Origin: Armatimonadota bacterium
GTDB lineage: Bacteria; Armatimonadota; UBA5829; DTLH01
Assembly: GCA_039680575.1 (NCBI GenBank)
Contig: JBDKSP010000027.1
Span: forward strand, 1 to 34,408
DNA: 34,408 bases
Reading direction: 5' to 3'
Below the pieces are notes generated by a model that was not told where the DNA came from, did not search any database, and saw only the letters and a list, made by a program, of their open reading frames with translations. Position 1 is the stretch's first letter, and each line of letters opens with the position of its first letter. This document shows, in pieces, positions 18,645-26,121 of this stretch. The position numbers and the translations under genes were made by a program.

Positions 18645-19409
18645 ATGCAATGGCTTCAAGATAAGAAAAATTTACCGTTTGTAATCGGCGGAGTTGTCCT
18701 GATTGTCGTGGCTGTCGGAGTATTTTTGTTCACGCAGCTTTCCGGCAATAATAATGCTCCTGTAGATAACCAGGCTGACGCTGGTACGCCACCAGCAGCG
18801 ACCAGCGCCCCGGCTGCCAGCGCACAGTCTCCAAACGAGGCGCTGCCCGGTAATCCATCTGGCGCTGCCCCAGCCGGTGGAACGGTTCCTGGCACACCCG
18901 GCGCTACCGGCACGCAGATGGCCAGCGCCGCAGATGGAAATGCATCCGCTTCGACAAGCAGGCCCGCTGAGCGATGGCGTGTAGACCCATTCGCTCCCCA
19001 AAAAACCGGGAGCAGGGTAAAAGCACCCAAACCGAGGCTTGCAATACCTACGATTCCCAGAATATTTCCTCCTGAGAGAGTAGAAATCAAAGAGCTACAG
19101 CGGTATAAACCGCAGCCACCGAGGCGGGTAGCTGGGATATTATATGGGGATAAAGTAAATGCACTGATCCAGACTCCGGATGGTTGGGAAGTTAAACGCC
19201 CAGGAGAAAAACTTAGCGATGGGACTATCGTCGAGAAGATCGAGCGTGACCGAGTGATCCTTCGAACAGTCGGCTCGGACGGGGAACCATCTTTTGTAGA
19301 GGTAAGGCTGGCTGCCTCATTATCACAGATCGATCAATCGGCAGCAGGGAACAGCAGCGCTTCTTCGCAGAGGAGCAGCACAAGAAGAACTCCATCAGGC
19401 AGAAGATGA
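18645..19409 (+). CDS. PilP/GspC-HR-like protein with uncleaved TM anchor
   Basis: TM helix without lipobox, Pro/Ala linker, R-x-DPF motif, C-terminal GILYG...ALI...GEKL...VEKIERDRVIL beta-sandwich; position between pilO and secretin. Confidence 0.65.
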   Translation: MQWLQDKKNLPFVIGGVVLIVVAVGVFLFTQLSGNNNAPVDNQADAGTPPAATSAPAASAQSPNEALPGNPSGAAPAGGTVPGTPGATGTQMASAADGNASASTSRPAERWRVDPFAPQKTGSRVKAPKPRLAIPTIPRIFPPERVEIKELQRYKPQPPRRVAGILYGDKVNALIQTPDGWEVKRPGEKLSDGTIVEKIERDRVILRTVGSDGEPSFVEVRLAASLSQIDQSAAGNSSASSQRSSTRRTPSGRR

Positions 19410-19439
19410 CCTACGGAAATACCTGGGTTATAAATTAAT

Positions 19440-19503
19440 TAACTGATAGTAGAGTGTATCAGTTACATTCTACAGGGAACCACTACCGAAAGTACGCAGT
19501 CAA
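19440..19503 (+). promoter_or_regulatory. Operator-like inverted repeat plus putative ECF-like promoter
   Basis: TAACTGATA-N8-TATCAGTTA (19440-19465), followed by GGAAC (19476-19480)-N18-GTCAA (19499-19503). Confidence 0.45.
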
Positions 19504-19563
19504 TATAATTGTACTCCGTTGGCAATGAATGGTTCCTGTAACGATGTGTAGGAGGCGTTTAGG

Positions 19564-20196
19564 ATGAGAAAGTCTATAATAATTGCTATGGCTGTAATGC
19601 TGATAGTCGTTACATCCGCAATTTCCGTATTAGCTCAAAGCGACGATAAGAGTCAACAGAAGATTACGCTTGAGCTAAAGGATACACCCATACGTTCAGC
19701 TCTTGATACGTTGTTTAAGGGTAGAGGCCTTAATTACGTTATCGATCCAACTGTCGGTGGAAACGTCGGCAGCCTCAGTTTAAGGGACGTTCCATTCGAT
19801 GTTGCTCTTAAAATGCTTCTCAAATCGGTCGATCCTCCGCTTGTTTATCGTAAAGAAGGTGATGTTTACCTTATTTCGGTAAAGAAGGAACAGGTTTATA
19901 CGGATGTTCCACCGACTACAACCGATATCCCAACGACGGATACCGAAGCAGAGGACGTCAAGATGGAGAAAATCACCTTGAACTTTGTCGATGCTTACGA
20001 TCTTAAAGCTATAATCGAAGGCCAGAACACCACCCGTAACAGCGGAAGCAGCAGCTTTGGCAGCGGGAGCAGTTCTGGCAGCAGCAGCTTTGGTAGTGGA
20101 AGCAGCGGTTTTAATAACAGCAGCAATAATTATTACTCCAATACCAACAGCAGCAGCAGCAACCATGGACGCTACAATACCCGATCCAGTTATTAA
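19564..20196 (+). CDS. Stand-alone secretin N-terminal (STN/N0) domain protein with low-complexity tail
   Basis: Signal peptide, ITLELKDTPIRSALDTLF...NYVIDP...SLSLRDVPFDVALKMLL (STN/N0), start of an N1-like strand KITLNFVDA, then G/S/N/Y tail. AGGAGG RBS. Confidence 0.8.
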   Translation: MRKSIIIAMAVMLIVVTSAISVLAQSDDKSQQKITLELKDTPIRSALDTLFKGRGLNYVIDPTVGGNVGSLSLRDVPFDVALKMLLKSVDPPLVYRKEGDVYLISVKKEQVYTDVPPTTTDIPTTDTEAEDVKMEKITLNFVDAYDLKAIIEGQNTTRNSGSSSFGSGSSSGSSSFGSGSSGFNNSSNNYYSNTNSSSSNHGRYNTRSSY

Positions 20197-20245
20197 GAAG
20201 GTTTAGGACAAACGGATGCTACTGCCTTATCCGAGGAGGAATAAT

Positions 20246-21883
20246 ATGATTTTTATGCATAGGTGGGGATGCGATAGACGGAGCGTGAACATTACCGTTA
20301 TCGGCATGATGGTTGTGCTTATCGCATGTTCCGCCGCAGCCGGTGTGTGCGCATCGGACCGTGGAGTAATGCTCGATGTGCGAGATGCCAGGCTCAACGA
20401 GGTCGTGATTTTGCTTACTCAACAGAGCGGCGCTAACATTATTGTCAATCCCGATGTTTCTGACAAGCGTATCACAGCAGTTATCTATGATAAACCGCTT
20501 GAAACGGTACTTGAGAATGTGGTACGAACTGCCGGGGTGGATTTCTGGAAGACAGATGACGGCACTTATATAATCGGTGTAAAAAGGCCTGAGACCGCTA
20601 AAGTTGTTGAGCCCGTGGCCTCACAGGCACCGCAGGAGCCTGTGGAGCAGCCTAAATATTACCGGGAAAAGATCACTCTCGTATACAGTAATCCGGTAGA
20701 ATTACTGAAATCCATTGGCCTGACATTCGATGACCAGCCGGATGTTCAGAAACACTTCACCAAAACGAAAGCAATCGGTAAAGTGCTAGGTGTTCTTGAT
20801 GAAGACCAGTATAATACCGGGATAATATTCAAAAATGCGACCAATCAGGGATCAGTTCCTCCCACAATCGACTCCGGTAATCAGGAAGCAGGCGCAGCCG
20901 GACGCAGCGCAACTGTATCCGATGGCGCTGGTCAATACCCTGGCGCAGGCGGCAGATCAAGCGGCGTTTCTACGGGACCTGGGGCACTTCCTGGTCGACT
21001 TGGTGGAACAACCGCCAACACTACTAAGACCAACAGTCTCCTTCCAGAAGGGGTGGACTTGGTTCAGCCGTTCCCGTTGGACAACTCCATTATTGTCCGG
21101 GGAACATGGGAAGGTATTTCCGAATTCAAAGAGCTCATCCATATGCTGGATGTGCCTCCGAAACAGGTAAGCATCAAAGCTGAGTTTATCGAAGTAACTA
21201 CCAGTGATGTCAAAAGACTCGGTATAGACTGGAGTCTCGAACGACTGAACGAAACGATCAACACCAACTTCAACCCGAGTGGTAACGTAATTGTAGGGGT
21301 CACTACGGGTAACCTGGCAGCTTCGCTTCGAACAGAGCTCACAAGGAGCTCCGGTAATATTATCAACTCACCTATTATCTCTACAATCAACAACGAATAT
21401 GCTGAGATCAACATCGGCTCTGAGATACCTTACTGGACAACATCTATGGTCACAACATCTACTGGTGTTGTATCCACTAATGAAGTCGATTCCATCACTA
21501 TTGAGACATATTTGAGAGTTCTTCCGAGAGTTAATGGGGATGGAACAATAACACTCGAACTTATGCCTAGTGTACAAGATACAGGCACTATGTATACCGC
21601 TCCGGACGGCGAAAGCCAGATACCTGAGACCAGATATCAAACACTTCAGACTCGACGCCGTGTTATGAGCGGTGAAACGATTGTAGTAGGCGGTTTTATC
21701 CGAAAAGACCAATCGACAAGCACTACGCAGATACCGATCCTCGGCAGCCTGCCTATCTTAGGCCCGTTATTCAGGTCTTCTTCTACAACGAGTAACGACC
21801 GAGAACTGCTTATCTTCGTTACTCCCACCATTATCGGTGAGAAGTCAGCAGGCAGCACAGTAGGTGTTTCGACCTATCCGTAG
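20246..21883 (+). CDS. pilQ: Secretin (PilQ/GspD family)
   Basis: STN domain, N3 ending NSIIVRG...LDVPPKQVSIKAEFIEV, secretin core (GIDW, SPIISTINN, GETIVVGG, IPILGSLPILGPLFRS, ELLIFVTPTII). Start at 20246 after GAGGAGG RBS. Confidence 0.9.
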   Translation: MIFMHRWGCDRRSVNITVIGMMVVLIACSAAAGVCASDRGVMLDVRDARLNEVVILLTQQSGANIIVNPDVSDKRITAVIYDKPLETVLENVVRTAGVDFWKTDDGTYIIGVKRPETAKVVEPVASQAPQEPVEQPKYYREKITLVYSNPVELLKSIGLTFDDQPDVQKHFTKTKAIGKVLGVLDEDQYNTGIIFKNATNQGSVPPTIDSGNQEAGAAGRSATVSDGAGQYPGAGGRSSGVSTGPGALPGRLGGTTANTTKTNSLLPEGVDLVQPFPLDNSIIVRGTWEGISEFKELIHMLDVPPKQVSIKAEFIEVTTSDVKRLGIDWSLERLNETINTNFNPSGNVIVGVTTGNLAASLRTELTRSSGNIINSPIISTINNEYAEINIGSEIPYWTTSMVTTSTGVVSTNEVDSITIETYLRVLPRVNGDGTITLELMPSVQDTGTMYTAPDGESQIPETRYQTLQTRRRVMSGETIVVGGFIRKDQSTSTTQIPILGSLPILGPLFRSSSTTSNDRELLIFVTPTIIGEKSAGSTVGVSTYP

Positions 21884-21916
21884 ATGATGCAATAACTCAT
21901 CTTATAGCAGAAATAT

Positions 21917-21946
21917 GTGGGGATTGTTTTGAGCAATCCCCACTTT
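21917..21946 (+). terminator. Hairpin between secretin and aroC (terminator/attenuator)
   Basis: GTGGGGATTG (21917-21926) / CAATCCCCAC (21934-21943), followed by TTTC. Confidence 0.6.
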
Positions 21947-21966
21947 CGCTATTATAGGAGCGTTTA

Positions 21967-23103
21967 TTGTTCCGTTTTCTAACTGCAGGTGAATCCCACG
22001 GAGAGATGCTGGTCGCGGTAATAGACGGCGTACCGGCTGGACTACCTCTCACTAATGAATGTATCGATATTGAACTGGCGCGACGACAAAAAGGATATGG
22101 ACGCAGCGAAAGAATGTCGATAGAGGAAGACAGAGTCCATATTCTATCCGGTGTAAGATTCGGTAATACCCTCGGAAGCCCCATAGCATTATCGATACCG
22201 AACCACGACTGCCAAAGTTTCATGGATGTTCAGCCGGTAGAACAGAGTAGTAAAACCCCGGATGTAATCCCCAGACCAGGACATGCCGACCTCGCGGGAT
22301 GTATCAAATATGGGCATACGGACATCCGCAACGTTTTGGAACGCGCAAGCGCCAGAGAGACAGCTGCAAGAGTCGTTGTCGGTGCAGTCGCAAAGCGAAT
22401 TCTCATGGAACTTGATATTCTTATTGTAAGTCATGTAATAAGAATTGGCCGAATATGCGAAGAGCAGTCCTCCAGCATGTCTCTCCAGAAGATTCAGGAG
22501 CTCTCCGAAGCGTCGACTGTACGGTGTCTTGATAAAACATCTGAACTGGCCATGATAGCTGAGATAGAAGAAGCAGCCAGTAAAGGTAATACACTCGGTG
22601 GAGTGTTCGAAATTGCAGCATCCGGTATCCCGGTAGGGCTTGGAAGCTATACACATTGGGACAGGCGGCTGGACGGCGAACTTGCAAAAGCTGTTATGAG
22701 TATTCCCGGAGTTAAAGGGGTGGAGATAGGGCTTGGATTTCGAGCTGCAGAGCTTCCTGGATCGCAGGTCCATGACGAAATACATTATGACGGTGTTTCT
22801 TACACCAGACCATCCAACAATGCTGGTGGAATTGAGGGAGGAGTCACGAACGGCGAACCAATAATCATAAGAGCGGCTATGAAGCCGATCCCAACCCTCA
22901 GAATGCAATTGCAGTCTGTCGATATGACAACCAAGAAGCCGGTGCCTGCCTTTTCAGAAAGATCGGATGTTTGCGCTGTGCCATCAGCAGCTGTAGTCGG
23001 TGAATCGATGACTGCTATCACACTCGTAACCGCAATTCTTGAGAAATTCGGAGGAGATAACCTGGACGAACTCCGAAGGTATTTTATCGCATATAATCAG
23101 TAA
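21967..23103 (+). CDS. aroC: Chorismate synthase
   Basis: TAGESHG, RRQKGYGR, PRPGHADL, ERASARETA, NNAGGIEGG, MKPIPT, RSDVC; TTG start with AGGAG RBS. Confidence 0.98.
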   Translation: MFRFLTAGESHGEMLVAVIDGVPAGLPLTNECIDIELARRQKGYGRSERMSIEEDRVHILSGVRFGNTLGSPIALSIPNHDCQSFMDVQPVEQSSKTPDVIPRPGHADLAGCIKYGHTDIRNVLERASARETAARVVVGAVAKRILMELDILIVSHVIRIGRICEEQSSSMSLQKIQELSEASTVRCLDKTSELAMIAEIEEAASKGNTLGGVFEIAASGIPVGLGSYTHWDRRLDGELAKAVMSIPGVKGVEIGLGFRAAELPGSQVHDEIHYDGVSYTRPSNNAGGIEGGVTNGEPIIIRAAMKPIPTLRMQLQSVDMTTKKPVPAFSERSDVCAVPSAAVVGESMTAITLVTAILEKFGGDNLDELRRYFIAYNQ

Positions 23104-23125
23104 AGAGTTTCATACGTGATTCACA

Positions 23126-23183
23126 CCTGAAACTCTCCCGGAAGGTTTTCGGCAATAGCGATTATACAGCCGGGAATCTATAG
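23126..23183. repeat. Second copy of a dispersed hairpin motif (other copy 7868-7916)
   Basis: CCTGAAACTCT-CCCGGAAGGTTTTCGGCAATAGC versus CCTGAAACTATCCCCGGAAGATTTTCGGCTATAGC (31/35 identical). Confidence 0.65.
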
Positions 23184-23243
23184 GAAAGGTAGTTGGCAGT
23201 TTAGGCGAGGTTGCGGCCACCCCTCTCACAAAGGCGTGAAAGT

Positions 23244-23765
23244 ATGAAGAATATCGTATTGATTGGGTTTATGGGCACAGGAAAGAGCCGAGTCGGTCAG
23301 ATGATAGCCCGCAGACTAGGTATGAAATTCACCGATACTGATGATCTTGTTTCTCAAAGGTTACGGATGTCCATTTCAGACATTTTCACAAGGCTCGGCG
23401 AAGGTAAATTTCGTGAGATAGAACGGCAGGTAATAGCGGATATATCTCAGATATCTTACCAGGTCATCGCCACAGGCGGCGGCGTTCCCATTCACAAAGA
23501 TAATATCGATAATCTCAGAACAAACGGCATACTTTTCTGTCTTTCAGCAAGCCCGGAGATTATATACCGCCGCACACTGCGTGCTGATACGCGCCCGCTG
23601 CTCAAGAGTGAAAGCAAACTGGAGCGTATAAAGATCCTGCTGGAATCAAGAGACCTCTACTATTCAGTCGCCGACCATCATATCGATACATCCTCGCGTC
23701 CGGCCAGCGCCGTGGCACGAGAGATCGCGGAATTATATCAGTCCGATGGCAATAATCAAGGTTGA
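23244..23765 (+). CDS. aroK: Shikimate kinase
   Basis: NIVLIGFMGTGKS, DTD, GEGKFRE, VIATGGG, RPLL; start at MKNIV. Confidence 0.97.
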   Translation: MKNIVLIGFMGTGKSRVGQMIARRLGMKFTDTDDLVSQRLRMSISDIFTRLGEGKFREIERQVIADISQISYQVIATGGGVPIHKDNIDNLRTNGILFCLSASPEIIYRRTLRADTRPLLKSESKLERIKILLESRDLYYSVADHHIDTSSRPASAVAREIAELYQSDGNNQG

Positions 23766-24849
23766 TCTCCGAGAAAAAAGCTACGAGATCGTTATAAAGA
23801 GCGGTATCCTCAAAAACGCAGGCTCAGAGATAGCCGAAGTGTGCCTGGGAAGAACGGCAGTTGTTGTAACCGAAGCCGGTATATACGAGCTTTACGGACG
23901 CAGACTGATGGACAGTCTATCGTCCGCCGGATTTCAGGGATTCGCAGCCATGATTCCCGGCGGTGAAGACTGCAAGACCTTCGAAACGGTAATTGATCTC
24001 TATAACCGTCTCCTCGGTTTCGAGATCGACCGGTCAAGTGTGCTCATTACCCTCGGCGGCGGTGTAACTGGAGACCTCGGCGGGTTTGCAGCCGCCACAT
24101 ATCTGCGGGGGATCGACTTCATCAATATTCCTACGACTCTTTTGGCACAAGTAGACGCAAGCATCGGAGGAAAGGTCGGTGTTAACCTGCCTGAGGGTAA
24201 AAACCTGATCGGTGCTTTTCACCAGCCAAGAAAGGTGATTATCGATCCTGACCTCACAGCTACCATCCCCTACCCCGAACTTGCGAGTGGCTTGGCCGAG
24301 ATAATCAAACATGGTATAATAGCGGATCAAGAGATGTTCCATTTTATCCGATCTCAAACCGATGCGCTTCGCGGGTTTGAAAGGGATGCTCTTGAAAAAG
24401 TTATTGTCCGGTCATGTGAAATCAAGGCGGATATCGTATCCAGCGACGAGAAAGAATCGGGGCTTCGAGCTGTTCTGAACTACGGGCATACGGTCGGACA
24501 TGGGATCGAAGCAGCTACCGATTACTCCAGGTACACTCATGGAGAAGCTGTCTCCATTGGAATGGTTACAGCCGCGCTTATTTCTGAGACTGTCGGACTT
24601 GCAGCTCAGGGAACAACGGAAGAAATAGCGGAAACGCTGTTGTGTTTTTCGCTCCCTGTCGTAATGGACGCGAATGTCGATCTCGATAAGGTCATAGCAG
24701 CCATGAGGTATGACAAAAAGTCCGTATCCCGAAAACTCAGGTTCATACTGCCTGAACGAATCGGAAAGGTCATAACAACTGACAGCGTGACCGAAGCCGA
24801 TGTACGGCAGGCTATCGAAAAACAGATCAGGCTTTTCAGGCGAAATTAA
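23746..24849 (+). CDS. aroB: 3-dehydroquinate synthase
   Basis: GGGVTGDLGGF, RGI, PTTLLAQVDASIGGKVG, KNLIGAFHQP, LNYGHTVGH, HGEAVSIG. Confidence 0.98.
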   Translation: MAIIKVDLREKSYEIVIKSGILKNAGSEIAEVCLGRTAVVVTEAGIYELYGRRLMDSLSSAGFQGFAAMIPGGEDCKTFETVIDLYNRLLGFEIDRSSVLITLGGGVTGDLGGFAAATYLRGIDFINIPTTLLAQVDASIGGKVGVNLPEGKNLIGAFHQPRKVIIDPDLTATIPYPELASGLAEIIKHGIIADQEMFHFIRSQTDALRGFERDALEKVIVRSCEIKADIVSSDEKESGLRAVLNYGHTVGHGIEAATDYSRYTHGEAVSIGMVTAALISETVGLAAQGTTEEIAETLLCFSLPVVMDANVDLDKVIAAMRYDKKSVSRKLRFILPERIGKVITTDSVTEADVRQAIEKQIRLFRRN

Positions 24850-24850
24850 A

Positions 24851-25036
24851 ATGGCAAATCGACTCATCGGAATCTGGATACTATTTGTTACGGTAATCTT
24901 TATTGCAGGCTTTTTCTCGCAAAAAGCCGCATCTCTTGAGCCATTCGGGCGTTATATATATGTAGCAGCGGTCTTCATCAGTGTGGCAGCTATCGTGATC
25001 AGACTGATGCGGCGCCGGTACAGTAGGGTGAATTAA
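24851..25036 (+). CDS. Small two-TM membrane protein (61 aa)
   Basis: ATG one nt after the aroB stop, stop overlaps the next ATG, two hydrophobic helices and a basic tail. Confidence 0.65.
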   Translation: MANRLIGIWILFVTVIFIAGFFSQKAASLEPFGRYIYVAAVFISVAAIVIRLMRRRYSRVN

Positions 25037-26121
25037 TGGCAAGATCTAAGGTCGCAGTTCTGAAAACAAGTCCCGAAACAGTGGTAGAAGATTATGGCCG
25101 CCTTATGAAAATGGCGGATTTCGAAGACCACCTGCCCAAGGACAAAGATACTATCCTCAAGATTAATATATCCTGGCACTACTACTATCCGGCTTGCTCC
25201 ACGACACCCTGGCAGTTCGATGGCATAACCAAAGCTCTTCGCGATGCAGGATACGGTAAACTGATCCCCGCGCAGAACCGGACGGTAGTCGTAGACCCCA
25301 AAGCAGGCGCGAGAAACAACCATCTCGAATCGGTCATCGACAAACACGGTCTTGAGTTCGTTTACCTCTACGAGGACGGATCGGAATGGATCAAATACGA
25401 GCCAAAGACAAAGATGCTTGTTCTCGACAAGGTATTCCCCGACGGGATTATGATCCCCAAGCTGTTTCTGGATAAGAATGCCATCCACATGCCGACTCTT
25501 AAAACGCATGTCTTCACTACGATGACAGGCGCTATGAAGAACGCATTCGGTGGACTCTTGCGTGAAAACAGACACTGGACACATTCGGTGATCCATGAGA
25601 CACTTGTTGACCTGCTTGCGATTCAAAAAGAGATCCACCCTGGCATATTCGCGGTCACGGACGGGACTATCGCGGGTGACGGGCCCGGTCCGAGAGCGAT
25701 GGTGCCTATCATCAAAAATTATATACTCGCAAGCGCTGACCAGGTGGCTATCGATGCCATTGCAGCCAAGATGATGGGGTTCGACCCTATGAAGCTGAAG
25801 TTTATCAGGCTGGCACATGAACATGGGCTCGGAAGCGGAGATGTCAAGGAGATCGAGGTCGTCGGTGAAGATATTTCCGATGTGAACTTCCATTTCCATG
25901 AGAAACAGGAGACTTTTGCTTCACGCGGGCAGAAGTTGATATACCACGGTCCGCTGAAGCCGCTTGAGAATATACTTCTTCGCAGTTGCATCGCGCCATG
26001 GTCATATTACGCGTCCAGGCTCTATTATGATGGATACTGGTACCGATGCATCGGTAAAGGCAGAGTGAAAAAGATTCTTCAGACTGAGTGGGGCAGACTA
26101 TTTGAAAGCTATGGGAGATGA
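25036..26121 (+). CDS. DUF362 domain protein (putative Fe-S binding)
   Basis: LKINISWH...PACSTTPWQ, PTLKTH, TGAMKNAFG, DGTIAGDGPGP, DQVAIDA...KMMGFDP. Confidence 0.85.
   Translation: MARSKVAVLKTSPETVVEDYGRLMKMADFEDHLPKDKDTILKINISWHYYYPACSTTPWQFDGITKALRDAGYGKLIPAQNRTVVVDPKAGARNNHLESVIDKHGLEFVYLYEDGSEWIKYEPKTKMLVLDKVFPDGIMIPKLFLDKNAIHMPTLKTHVFTTMTGAMKNAFGGLLRENRHWTHSVIHETLVDLLAIQKEIHPGIFAVTDGTIAGDGPGPRAMVPIIKNYILASADQVAIDAIAAKMMGFDPMKLKFIRLAHEHGLGSGDVKEIEVVGEDISDVNFHFHEKQETFASRGQKLIYHGPLKPLENILLRSCIAPWSYYASRLYYDGYWYRCIGKGRVKKILQTEWGRLFESYGR

Noticed and set aside
19564..21883. STN gene plus secretin as one frameshifted or split gene
   Set aside because: Each has its own RBS, N-terminal hydrophobic signal and STN domain; the secretin is complete by itself.
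25033..25899. 288-aa antisense ORF, and similar long shadows at 13961-14641, 22189-22908, 27111-27827 and 30286-31116
   Set aside because: They fully overlap well-supported genes on the opposite strand and show no recognisable motifs.
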